This document shows, piece after piece, positions 21,546 through 36,000 of a stretch of DNA of 64,000 nucleotides (position 1 is its first letter; each line of letters starts with the position of its first letter). A program made the translations under genes and the position numbers. This DNA comes from Ylistrum balloti (taxonomy: Eukaryota), in the NCBI RefSeq assembly GCF_031769215.1, contig NW_026782269.1:1116001-1180000 (forward strand). Reading direction: 5' to 3'. The notes under the pieces were generated by a model. It did no database searches. It had not been told where the DNA came from and saw only the letters and a program-made list of their open reading frames with translations.

Positions 21546-24500
21546 AAAGATCTGAAGTTTAACATGCACAGAGAGGCTTTGCTGAGAAACTGCATATGAA
21601 GTTTGGTATCGTTGCAGCGCCAGAATTACGAATTGTCCTATAGAAGCTTCTATATGTTGACAATTCTAAACTTTAATGCAATTCAAGTTTTCAAAAACAT
21701 GACCTCAGTGTTTTCACAGTTTTTTTAGTCAGTTGTTAGAAATAAATGAATAGGAACCACAGTACTGTTAAAACACAATGTCAACTATGATCAGGATACT
21801 AATTCTTTTTAAACACTAAAATCAGTAAAAGAAACAAAAATCAGTGTTGTAAAATAATTTAATAAGATCAGAGTCCTACATTTCGAGAATATGTAGATCT
21901 CTTATATACAGTAGATATCAGAACATCTTTAAAATGAAAGTGCACTTATACCAAAATCACAAATTACCTTAGCACAATGTATGTAAGCTTTTACTTAACA
22001 GTTGAAACGAAAATTTAATGAAAAAATGTCTTTGTCCAATTACTGCATGACAAAGACATGTTTCTAAAAGAATACAGGATTAAACATCAGTTTACAGTCA
22101 AATAAATGATACAGATTCCCAGTTTTAGAGATGGTCAGTCGTTTCCTTTCTTAATTTCCCATGTTATAACATATCAAAAGGGGACATAAACTCTCATGAC
22201 ACATTTTTTTTTTTTCATTAAATGTTTAAAACACCAAAAAGGTGACATTTCATTCTCACAAAACAAATAACATAAATCACAGACGCTGTTTTACTTTTAA
22301 GTGAAATAACCACAAGCAGAGCTAATAAATGTAATTATAAATATTTCACAAATGAAAAAGTTTTAAATCAAAAATCATAGCTCTTCCTGGATTCTTCAAT
22401 TTTTATGTCTCTGTATGCGCCTTCATAAAACTTGGGTGGTTAGACAAAAATATTTAGTTACAAGCGTTTCAGGGATTTGACAGTGACATTTCATAATATC
22501 AATGTGAAACCTTCATCCTCAATCCAAATTTTCAAAAAGTGTTATGGTACCTCAAATTCACCAAGGACCAGGGTTAATACTTGAAAGCTCTAGTCATGAT
22601 ATGAAAGGGATATGAAATTATTTTCTCTCTGTACACTAGAGTATTGTGTATATCCATCTTTTCACATTTAGTAAAAACAACACAATCATTCCGAACGAGC
22701 TCAATGTAACAATTTAAAACAACAGAACATTACTAAAAGCATAAATGAAATACTGAATACATACAAATAATAATAAAAGATATTATAGTGATCTTAGCAA
22801 TGCTTTAGAAAAGTTAGCTTTGTGACCTTGAAGTATGAATAACAAAAATAAATAAAGACTGTACCAAAACTTTGTTTTGATTTTTGAGGTGTCAAGTTAG
22901 AAATTGTAGAAATATGAAGCAGCATGTGTGAATTACATATTTGAATATTGTACATAAAAACGTATTCACAGAAAATGTTGTGAATAGGAAATACCAAAAC
23001 TTACATTTTACCCTAAAATTTATAATTGTACATTGCTAATTGCATGCAGTAACAGAAGTAGATATGGCCCAGTTTTTTTCAATGACCTCACCTAATTCAC
23101 GTATGCATCCATTGTGAACGCATCGTACACACACCACTCAATGTGTGATATGCAATATAACAACTGTACTTGGCATAAAAATGTTAATGTGCTCAGAGTA
23201 AATTATAAATAAATATTACAACATGGACATTCAATTAAGCACAACTCAGAATGTCTCCTTCAATATGTAGTCTCACCTCAGTAATATTTGTGTAATGTAT
23301 TCAGAGAATTATAGGTCGATTTGTTAATTTGTTCCCACACATATCAAAATTAGTTACTGGAAAATAATCTGATCAGACATACATACAATAGGGAAAAAAT
23401 CCATAAATATAGGTCTTACCTCACTAAAGAAATCAAATCAAAATATTCTAATATTAAGTTTTCTTCCAAGACAAGGTCATTTTAGGTTCAAATATCTATT
23501 ACAAATTACATTTACAAGTGCATGGCAAGAATATGAAGCAACTGTTAAACTTGTTTTAAGACATACTGTTTCATTTTCAATAGTACATGAGAAAACAGAT
23601 TTCCATTTGAAATCATTGAAAAATTAATTAAATTAATATTCTTTTCACCAAACATTAACACATGATGTTTATTAATGCCTCTTATAATCATCATTATACA
23701 AATAATAGAGAACTCTCTTTTCTATTATAGCAAGATCTCTTCCATGGATAATAACACCAACATCATGCACAAATACAGGTTAGACAAAATGTAAGCAGTA
23801 AACTCTAATATTTACAATGTACACCATCTAATTTTTCATTTGATTATTGATTATAAATGAATTACAAATAATTCATAATTAATAATCAAAAGACTTCAAC
23901 GAAATTTAAGATTTAGATATGAATCTGCGAAAAAAACCCACAAACTAAAGTAAGTTCCATGATGGCATTAATGAAAAGTAAATGGTGAAGAGGACACATG
24001 TCAAAATATGATACAATATTTACCGGGTTTATTCTATGGACAACAAAACTCACACAAGATATCAAATCAGATCAAAAGAGATTGAGCAAATAATTGCAAG
24101 CAACAGGACGGTAAAATTGAAACAACTTTGTGCCTCTATATACAGTATAATGATTTGACAGAAAAAATTTACATTCACTGTAATACTATAGAATCAGGAT
24201 AAAGCCCTGAAGAATCTTTACAACTCAGTACAAACTCTGATACCAATATCTTCTTAATTTTGCCTTTGACAGATATGTAAGGGATATTGTATGAGTTTCC
24301 ATTTTTTAAGAAATTTAGAAATTATCTTTAAAAATCCAACCTTATGAAAGCTCATATAAAAACTTGACATCTCATGATGAAATGCTAAGAAATTCGGCTA
24401 GGTGTTGTTCATCAAAACTGCTCATCACAGCTTTATTTAAGGTGTTGTTTATGCATGATCCAACAGGTTGAAGCATGTCATGCATCAGGTATAAGCTTGA

Positions 24501-26689
24501 TCAAGTTATCTTGATGTTTCACTACAACTATCAAGGTGGCTTCAAGTTATTTCCTATTGTATCCTCATTCTATCACATTGGATTTCATTATCATAATAAG
24601 TCATATAAAACATGCTTCTCAAATCAATAACAGCATTGGTCCACTTTTTATCAGATCCAGAGGTACAAAAATTGATCAGTATTTTCCATTAAAGAAAAAA
24701 AACAGTTTTGTACCCTGAACCATTATCTATTGAATCTGCACACATCAATAAATAATCGTAATGATAAAAAAAGTCTGGTCTTCCGCAGTTACAAAATACA
24801 AAATTTTGATGCATGTGTGATGTACCATTTTTTGCAGCAGTGAATTTAATAACAGTATCAATTTTAAAAAACAATCTCCAATACAAATATAAACAAAAAG
24901 ATCATAATGTATTTAATAATTAACAATAAATGGAACAATAACAATTACACTGAAAGGTTTAGAGGACTTCAACTTGTATTCCATATAGATATGAACAATA
25001 CATTTTGTGACAGAACTGTAAGATGAGTGATTGCTACCACAAAAATTGAGTCGGTAAAAAGTTTTTTCTAAGGTAATTTCTTATGAAAAAACAAATGGTT
25101 TTATATTTGATTTAAAATGACAATAGTGTCAAACATTATCAGTATTCCTCCTCTCACAAAATTGTGTTCTTCTATCATCAAACAATATTTGGTTTCTATA
25201 TATATCTCATTGAGAATCATTATACATCCCCAATACATTGGTGAAAGGTGAATCATTCTGTAATGACAACTACATGATTTCAACTAGAATTCAATTTTGG
25301 TCTAAAATAGAGAGAAAACAATTGAAATTCTCTTTAATTTCTGTCTGATTGTGTCTTACTTGACTGACAAGAAGCAAGGAAAGATTTCTCAATACTTGTT
25401 GTCTCGATTGTCATCTATTGTCATTGATTCATTGTATCATTTTTTTTTAATCCGAGCAACACAGTAACTATAAATACAAATTTGAACAATAACTGCAAAT
25501 TCTAACAAAGTATCCCAATTACACGTGGGACAAGATGATTTGATCTCACTATGATGTAAACAGATGGCAAGAGTGACTTTATGATGTTTCTTTTAGTGGG
25601 CAAATATAAATATTGAGCCTCTTATAGTTAAACAGCCCGGTATGAAAGACACTCTGCAATTGCCTTATTAGTTAGATGTCATTTCAATGTGACATGATTT
25701 CACATTCCTTTAATATAAACATGTAGATGATGCCAATGAACACTAAAACAAGCAAAACCTTTCAAAATACTTTTGAAATTTTTCATGTCAGTCAACCTCA
25801 AATGAAATGAACCTCAATATATAATATCAGTATGCTATGAAACATAGAAAACAAATTCAATTGAAAGCACTCATTAGCTTACCTCAAGCATTTTACATAA
25901 CTTACTCAAATCCATCACATGTACAACTCACCCCCAAACTCAACCAGTTTCACGGTCACATTCCCATTACAAATGAATGTGGTGTTCAGCTTCATCATGC
26001 CAGTGATGTAACACTCACAAATAAATTGTGGCCTGATGATGACCTACTTAGCAGGCTGAAGCATGTCGGCTATTTCTTGAAACCTTAGGAGATGCTGCTC
26101 TTTCTTGTAGCTTGATATGATACAACTATACAATCCTCCATATATATGTATTTCCAATAAACAATTTGACAATTTCTTTTTTAAAGCTTATGAATTCCGT
26201 ACAATTTTCAAAGTTCTTGTAATATCTGTCTATAAAAAAAGTATTGGTCAAACGAAAAATACCCCATAAATGTTTTGATAAGAAAACACCTAATAATCTG
26301 AAACCCCATCAAGTCACATATACACATACATATTAAGAACATTTAGTAAAGTCTTCAAAAATTGTGAAATGTACAGGTATGATGGAGAAAGACATGTGGA
26401 AAATAGGTCATGGTTTCAGTACCTTACCAAAAATGTGAAGTCTGTGCACGTAAGATGACAAAAATGTACATATACTGGGCATATCAGCAACATGATCTTT
26501 AAATCATTTACACATTTTCACAAAAATGGGCTTGTCCTTCCATACCAATCAACACCATTCATTGATAAACAAACACCACAGCCATTCCTAAAGATAAATC
26601 AGATACTCAGCAGTAGCTAAATATCAACAATCTTGTCTTACATTTAAAACTTTCACTTTTGATTACACTGTCATAATGTCTGGAGTCTT

Positions 26690-26935
26690 ATGACATCACA
26701 TTCTATTACATCACACTATGTATATGATTGTATCACAATCTATTACATTACACTTTGTATATGATTGTATCACAATCTATTACATTACACTTCGTATCTG
26801 TGTCACACTATATTACATGACACTTTGTATCTGGTTGTATCACACTCTTTTACATCACACTATGTATATGATTGTATCACAATCTATTACATTACACTTT
26901 GTATCTGATAGTGTCACATTCTATTACTTAACACG
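26690..26935. repeat. 37-bp minisatellite, ~7 copies, in the likely SLC17A9 3' UTR
   Basis: Unit tatatgattgtatcacaatctattacattacactttg, ending ~90 bp downstream of the SLC17A9 stop codon. Confidence 0.9.
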
Positions 26936-27020
26936 TAAGATTTCACTGTATCACACTTCGTACATGTATGATGACATGCTATGCAGATGTTTCTGTTCAC
27001 TGTCTTTTATGGGGGACCCT

Positions 27021-30000
27021 TCATACTAGTTGCTTGCCTGTACCAAAGATGATGTACACAATCCAACCAAACAAACACACCCCAGCCGTCTGATTAAACA
27101 CAGCAGCCCAGCTCTTAGTAGCCTCCAGAATGTGACCTGCCATGTACACTCCCACAAAACCTGTACAAAAACCAAATCATAATTCAAGACCACCGCTTAC
27201 AGAAAATTTTTAAAATCATTGATATTATACACATAATTGTCTAATGTCTATGTAATTATACTACAAAGCAATTCCAAGATCACCAATATTATGATTACTT
27301 GATCTTCATACATTACACTGTACACTGTACTATTGTTTCTAGACAATCTCACCTGGTACTGCTCCAGCCATGTTCATAATACCTGAAAAAGACAAAATAC
27401 CTTTCTTATACCTTGTATATACAATACATAGCTGACGTAAGGTTACTTCTACATGCATTATAATATTATTATTGTGAGTGGTAAGATATAGTGTAACAAT
27501 TTCTTAAGTGGTAAGATATTGTGCAACATTTTTTTTATTGATCTATTTTGTGTGGTTATTGTCTAATTTCAGTCTCATTTTCCAAAATTTTGAAACCACA
27601 GAAACTTCAGTAAGAAAAAATTAACTACACCTGTAGATGTTAATTTCATGTCCTGCTCTCAATAGTAGGAAAATGGAAAGTGGAAAGCAAAAACAAATCC
27701 CTCAAATATCAACATTATTATATTGTGCATTTTCTACAGATTTTAAATGTTTAAAGCTATTGCAATCATCCCTCGTTATGATTATCATTTAACCTCAAGG
27801 TTTACCTCCTTTCTACAAGCTTTTTCTATGTGTTTATTCAAAGTATAGATGTGCCACGTCTTCAAAATCATCATACATATTGATTCTTACCAAACACAGC
27901 ACCAGCATGTCTCGGCGCGATATCCTGAGGGTTGACAAGGATGCCACTGTTATGGAAACCACAGCATGCCACCGCTATAGCCATGATAAACAATGCTGAA
28001 TAGTAACTGGTGGTATAGGATATCATCACTAGTGCTGCTGAGGTACCACACAGGGCTATACTCTGTAACACAATAAACAATGGACTGTCTAGTAACAGCG
28101 ATTTTGGAAATCATTGCTGATGCTGCTGAGGTACCATACAGGGTTATACTCTGTAACATGACATCTAACTTGTAACTGGTGGTATATAGGAAATCATATG
28201 TCCCTAACATGAATCAAAGGTCTATATACAGTTATTTATATGAAATAAAATATACCATTTAGTGCGAACATGTACATATAAAATCAGATTCAGGGTTTTC
28301 CATAATTTTTTAAGTAGTAGGCTGTGTAGTGAAAGTAGGAGGCTGGCCTGCCGTGTAGTTGTGTACCGAACATTATTACGGAACTGGATTGGTGTAGGCT
28401 GCCAAATGATCAAAGTAGCCTGTCAAATTGGCCGGCGACCGGCTCTTATGGAAAATCCTGAGATTAACATCTGTTACTTAAAATCAAGTAAAGGGGAATA
28501 ACTCTTTCAGTATACTACTGGTTAATGATTAAACTTACCTCCATGAACTTTCTCACGAATGTCACACTGAAGCCTGTAACAAAAATATCATAATACAGGA
28601 GACACCATGTTTGGGAGATTTACAAAAATGAGACAGGAACTGTATATTTGTTTCATACACTATTGGAAAATTTGGAATTCCCACATTTTACTAAAAGCTT
28701 CAGGTTTTGATGGAATTATATTCCAATGTGTCGTAGAAATTCTCAGCTAATAAATAAATGAACACAAGCAGAATAACTCCACAGACTTAATATCGCAAAT
28801 AGCAGTGTATGTGTACATATGTACTTCCTTATAATGACACACTTTATGAAGAATTTTTGTTTCCTGTTTTATCCAGATCGGTCAATATTTACCTTTGGCC
28901 AACATATGATCTGCAATCCAACCTCCTAGCACTGAACTGAACATGGTCACAATCCATGGCACAACATTAAACACCCATCCCTACAGCAAATTTATAAATC
29001 AATTCAAAATATGATCAATTGATCAATTGTAATTCTTTATCTCACAGCTGATTTTTGTTTGTTTTTATAATTTTTTGTTTGTTTCACATATATTATAAAA
29101 GCAAGGTGATTATCTTTATATTTTTATTCAGACAAAACTAAACATTTTATATAAAAAAAAATTCATACATATCAATCACACAGATTATATTTATATTTTC
29201 ATTAACTTGCCTTCAAAATAAAACACACCAATCCTTGAACTGTACATGTACATTTACGTTGCATAGTAAATAATAATTGTTTAAACGATACGGCCATGTA
29301 TGCCCCCACCCTCTCCCACTAAACGTAAATTTGAATTTTCTGGTGAATGTACTCTGTTCAAGCCTGAAGAAAAAATCAATAAAATAATTTTCTTTTATAA
29401 ACATAAAATATTGCAAAAATCAACTACCATAATAATAGTCTAATAAAGAATATTTACTTTTGAATTAAGTAGTGTATATGGAACTGAAGTTGAAGTAAGG
29501 AATTGTGAAAAGAGAAGTTTCTTTGACTCTATACTTTGAAGAAGTATTTTGATTTAGCTTGCACATACTGGTATTGTTCAAAAGTCTACTCATAGTACTT
29601 AGATCTAATAAGCAATATTCAATTTGATTCAAACAAATTCTTTGCTATGTTTCTCTATACAAAACACTACAGTATTAAGGATCTGTGTGACAAACCAGCA
29701 TAGTGTATTTTGATCTGATTGAAACCATCGGAATCAGTAAATACTTATACCTAGGTATAGATATAAAGTATAGTGTTTTCAAAATTTTCCCAAGTTAGGA
29801 AAAGTAGGAAGGTAGTACTCGTCTGATTAGACAGTGTTTTCATAAATTGTAGTTCATAGTTCTAAAGAATTTGAGATTAATTGTGTGAAGAATATTCAAG
29901 TAACAAGACCTATAACACATCATCAATATCTCTACAACTGTCCCACATCAATTTATAGTACCTAGAGCTGTGTTCTCCTTACAATGTATTTATATAGCAG

Positions 30001-33000
30001 AGTTCCTGAAAACTGGAGTACAAGTTTTGAATTTCCGTGGTTTTGTACTCTCATTTGGCAGTGATGGGGAACACCGAGTAGCTTGTATAAAGCAGCATTT
30101 AAAATTGTAGGTTTATTACAGATTAGAATATATTACAGGTTTCTTAAATACTAAAGAGGTATACCATACATCATTCATAAAACATGCTACATGGTGTGAA
30201 TTAAAGAGAATAAGGCATAAGTCAGTGATAAATCTACAATTCATTTTCACAAGGCCTTTTCAACTTTTACTAATGATTCCTGCGATGTAAAATTTAAGTA
30301 TTTCCAAAAATTCTGTGAGTACAATACTCAGGACTTGCAAGTAGATTGATCACTGAATAAGTGAGAAGGTTAGTTTTTGATTATTGATAACAGATTGTAG
30401 AGCAAATGAATATCAAATACATGAAAAAAAAGACAAAAGGTTTGTATTTCTCAGGAAACTGAGAAATGGACCAGTCTGTATTGTTGTGGTTGTGTCTTTG
30501 GGCAAGCCATTTTACACTGATTTCTCTGCATGACACGTAATGGTTGTCTGTATTTTGTTTAACTACTACAAACAGGCCCTGCCACAAAATGACCATGACT
30601 GTTCCCAGGGTGATAAACCCAGTGGAAGGCGAAAGACAATTAAGACACGTTACTTACAACTATGACAGAAATGTGCAAATTAAGATGAAAGATTGAATCA
30701 AGGAGTAAATTTATTTCAAAACATGGTGTAATTATATATCAAATTGTATGATGAAAAAAATAATGTTCTTTGACAACCATACATGTCAACATTCTTCACT
30801 GATCATTTAGATGATCTAAATATAGATCTGATCTATATTTGGATGGGACCTAAAGTTATGCTTACTTGACACGTTTATGGCATTACAGCAGAAGAAATTT
30901 ATCAAAGAGAAAGTACAATATATGTGATTTATAGAAAGAACTTTGGCAGACATAAGAAACCAGTAAATTCAACTACTAAGAAGTACTTGATAACTTCTGA
31001 TTTTCATAAGGTCATTAGATTCGCAAAATTAGAACCAAACAACACAGCTGATATACAGTATTATCCCATGCAAAAGGATTCAGTAAAACTAAACAAGGTC
31101 TACAGTTAGCATGCCATTACTTTTCATTTCAAGTTTTTTTTTGTCCAGTGAAAACTTTGAAAATAACATTAGATTACACAATGTAGACACATTTGTTTCA
31201 CTTCAATTTAAATCAATGCATGTTGTGTGTGTAGATATTTGGTTATTAGAAATAAACAAACATACTGTTAGACAGTCAGACACTTCAAACTCAAAGTAAT
31301 TAGCAAATCTAGATCTACAGAGAATCTAAAATATCAGGCAATGAGGCACTGATTCCCATCAACCATCTGTCATTTTTACCTTAGCATCAGGGAAATTTTC
31401 ATGAAAATATGTAGGTAACCAGGACAACAGGATAAAAAATGCATTATTTTCACAGAAGTGTCCAATGAGAAGAGACCTGAAAATAGAGAAGGATCATACA
31501 AATGTGAAAATTTCTGTACTTTTACCTTGGCATCAGGAAAGTTTTCATGGAAAAAGGTAGGTAACCATGACAACAGGATATAGAAAGCATTGTTTTCACA
31601 AAAATGGCCAATTAGTAGAGACCTGGAAGAAATTAGACATGAAAATGAGAAGCCATGTTAGCATATCCAACACAATGTAAATCTGTTGGCCTGTGGTGTT
31701 AGCTATCCATGCTTTAGCAATGTCATTATGACTTCATATTTCTTTCCTATTTTACAAAGACTTCAAAATAATCATAAGTCCATTGCCAAAAAAGTCTCTG
31801 ATAAAGCAATGCCGTCTACAAATGTACCTCCATCGGTCTTCTCTCTAATATAACTCTTAAACTAGAACCATCCTCTGGGGGTTAATTCCCACCCCTACAC
31901 CCCCTCTCTGCTGTTTCTGAAAATCGGGAATAGCTCAACCTGGTATAGATTACGCACATCTACAATGTATAAGGATTATAGCTAGCAAATATTGTTTCAA
32001 TTCAGTAGTTTAGGTGGATTGGTCGGTACATTGTTGCATCTACAGACAGATAGACAGTTAGACAATCCAATTCCAGTACGTCCTCCACTCCCCTACCCCT
32101 GGTGGGTCCGTTGGTGGGTATTAAATACATCCATCCTTATTGCTATCACAATTAGTATATACAATACTTAAAAAAAGATGATTGTGTTATCAATTTTATC
32201 AACTAGAGATAAAACCGGGAGAGGTATCATTAACAGAAGACTATAAAGCTAGTAATTCTACATTTTGTTCATCTGGTACCTTTGATTGAGGGAAATTTTC
32301 AATCACATAGGATGGCAACCATGATAACAGTATTTGGAATGCATTCGCACCACAAAAACATGAAAATAGCATAGCCCTGAAATGAAATGAACTTTGTCAT
32401 TTTAAAAATGCTGTTCAATTAAAATAAGATATGTAATACCCAGGCTGTTACCACCATTAAAAAAAATTAAATGACAAAAAATGCAAAAATACTAGACACA
32501 GTCACTACCAAGTGCAGGCACTGTAATTATTTGATATGAGAAAATATTAACATTGCATAAAACAATTTATTTTAATGAGAAATCCTAGTGTGATCTCCGT
32601 TTGATGTTAGACAGATCATCGAAATCTGCTCTTTTCCCCCAACATTTTTTTGTACATCTGAAATTGTTATATATGTAGTAGTGTATTACCCAGTAATCAA
32701 GTGTAGTAACATCTAAAATGACAATAAGTAAAATAGTTTAATGAATTCAAATATCACATTCACACTGGTCATTGGGCTAAAAGCACAATTTGGATACAAA
32801 GGTAACCTGTATTTAACTTTTCCATAAAGTCTCATAATACACCTTTCATTACTTCTTGGGAAATAGCAGTAAAAAAACTTCAAATAAATTGTTCTGCTGG
32901 AAGCCACTTTGAATGTCTGATAATGTTACACATGTAGTAAGCATAACTATGACACATATACAGACTAAGACACATATACAGACTATGTTGATGGAGTTTA

Positions 33001-36000
33001 AAGAAGACATTCTGGCATGGAGAAACAATGCTTATAAACTTAATACATAAAAGTCAAAATTGATAATGTTGATGGAGCTTCAAGAAGATCCAGCAATTCT
33101 GTAATAGCAACAATAAAAACCTTCACATGTCAAAATCTACGACCCAAACATTTCTTTATGCTGATGGACTGACAGACAGATAAACCATTTCATTTTTTTC
33201 TGCATTTTCTTCTCTTTTCTTATTGATTTATTCTGTCTTTTCATTCCACACTTAATTCCTAACTTAACTGATTCATTTCTTTCTTTCCTTTCCTATCCTT
33301 TAAAATTTTTTTGATGGTTCACAGTCTTTTACTGCACGGCCTGTATGAATTGAAATTAAAACAATATTAAGAATCCTTGTCTTCCTTTTTTTTTTGTTCT
33401 AAGTCACAGAATGTATGCCACTATCTCATATTTCATCCTAAGTATTAGAGGGCAAATACTCACCAGAATGCAGGTTTGACAAAGAGTGTAAGCCAAGGTA
33501 CTGACTTCTCTGTCTTGTGGTTGACTTTCTGCCCAATGCCCTCTCCAGCAGATACTAAAGGAATATACTTTTTTCTGTGTTTCTCTATCAATAAATAGCG
33601 CAGAAGTAGCATCCAAGTTATACTACTTAGACCTGAAAAGACATAAATATTTATTTGTTTAAATTAATCCAAATAATTATATACCATTGTACATTTAGTA
33701 AACATCCCATACAGCAGAAAACTAAACTAAGTTTAAGAAATGTGTTTTTCGGAGAGAACTTCACTCTAGACTAGTGCTCTGGGCTACATTATCTGTGGTA
33801 TGAAAAATACTTACGATTTACTAAAAGTTCAGAATAGAATAATTTTATTTACACTAGCTGTATATACTGTATATAACAACTATATTTGCATCTGTTTTAT
33901 TAGTTAACATCAGAATACCATTTACTTCTCAAAATGTTTTTTTAATGCTTCTTCATACTATTCTATGTCATTTTCGTCTGATTTTATCATTTAATTCATA
34001 TTGCTCTTGGATTATTCCATATTGTTTATTGTATGCTTATATGCACAACCATATATAAAAGAAAGTGAGGAATTCCCAGAAGGATATTACAGAATGAAAG
34101 TCAGAATTCTGATGGCAGGATACTTTTTTTTTTCAACAGGCGTAATATTACTAAAAAATTATTGCATCAAAATTTTCCATAGTTTTGTGCAACCAGCAGG
34201 TCACACTATGTCAAAATTCACAAGCCTGGACCATCGGACAAGGTGCTGATTTGTAATGTCATTTAATGGACTTCGGTTTAAGTATTAATTAATGTATGTT
34301 AATAGGTATCTTGGACTGATCCAGTTCACATTGTAGAATAAAAGATAAACATCAATTTAATTCTCATATATCTACTGGATGAAGAAAAATTGTGCAATAT
34401 GGTTATTTATTTTGGGATTTAATGTATCAATTTTAAGTAAGTGCTGATGGCTAGAAAAATTTGACATTGACTTTAAACTTAAGTAATCTGATAAATCTAA
34501 TTTATTATCAATTTATGGATATCTTTAACTCTTGGGAGGAATTAAATATTCCGTTTTCACATACACTTAAGTAATAATATCTCATTTTTCTTTTTTTCTT
34601 TCATTTGGTACACAACAATAATTGAAAAATTGTACTGTAATTGATATTTATTTCATCCAAAATTATTTCTTATGACTGATGTCAACATTCTCTTTCAAGT
34701 CAATTTTGACAAAATCCTTCCACAGTAAAATGGTTTTGTAAGTGTGTGTCATCTTTGTAAACTCACCTGCAAAGTAAAATACACTTTGCCAGCCATATTT
34801 ATCTAAAAGTATAGATCCTATACTGCCACAGAGCAAGGTGCTGCAGAAAGAAAAACAAGTTATAACATTTTCATATAACAGACAGAATAACGATGAAACC
34901 TTCTAACACAGGCCTCAAACATAGCAGTTATTGTCAATAACACTTATCTCTGAAGAAAATAATTCCCTCCATACAACAAATTAAAAGTGTAGCAAAGATA
35001 TTGAATTATATTGAATGTTTAAGTTATCTTTCAGATAAAAACTGTTCTTGAACCAATCAATTTTTCTTTAATGACCATTAATATTTCCCCAATGACCCAT
35101 TAAACATTTCCTATGAATACATTAGCAACAATTCACTCAAAGTTAACATTTATTTTGCAGACTATTTATTATACCAAACTAAACTATGATTATGCCAAAT
35201 GCTCAAAAGTCAGTGGATGTAGTGAAAAAAGCCTAATTGATATATAAAAGAAATGCTAGGGCAAAAGAGGGGAAACCACGTAGCCACAACCAGTCTAGCA
35301 AATATCTAAATATCATTTTATAATGATGATAACTTGTTAATTATTTGACAACCAAATACATACATATTTCATTTAGAAGTAACTTGACCAAAAACATAGG
35401 ATTCTTATCATAATCAGCTGGGGAAAAACAACAAGCAAAACATGTTAACTTTTGTCTGACAAAGAACCAAGCATGTAATAATTGCAAATTAAAGTATAAT
35501 TTTGAAAAAGCCCTTCACATAAATTACAAAATGACTTTTAAATGACCCCATGATCAGGAAACAAAATACTTATCAAAATATTTTTCAAATTTGGAATACA
35601 GGGGTATTTTGTGTTATGTTTGATTCTTAAGTGTAGTATGGATATATCTTTTATGTAAGCACTTTACAGTAGAATGATGTGGCTGAAGAAGAAAAGGGAA
35701 AAAGCGAAAGCAAAATTACCCAAGATGGGATCCTGAGCAGATGAAGCTGTAAGTTAAGGAGCGCTCTTGTTCTGACACTTTCCTTGACACCACGGAGCTC
35801 ATACTAGGATAGTGGAAACCTGACAGGGGAGAAAACTCAATTACTAACTAGTAATATTTGTTTTGAAAAATAAACCATGGTCTGTGATCTGTGTATTATA
35901 GATAATCCACAATGTAGTGAATGTCTGAAGTCCTTTTTCTTCATCTTTGTGACAGTCTTGAGAGAACTAAAATTGTATTTTCAGAAAAACACAATAGCAT

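Noticed and set aside
26718-27029. 103-aa plus-strand ORF
   Set aside because: Produced by the 37-bp minisatellite, antisense to the SLC17A9 3' end.
31928-32000. tRNA-like start gggaatagctcaacctggt
   Set aside because: An A-box-like motif only, with no B box or cloverleaf downstream.
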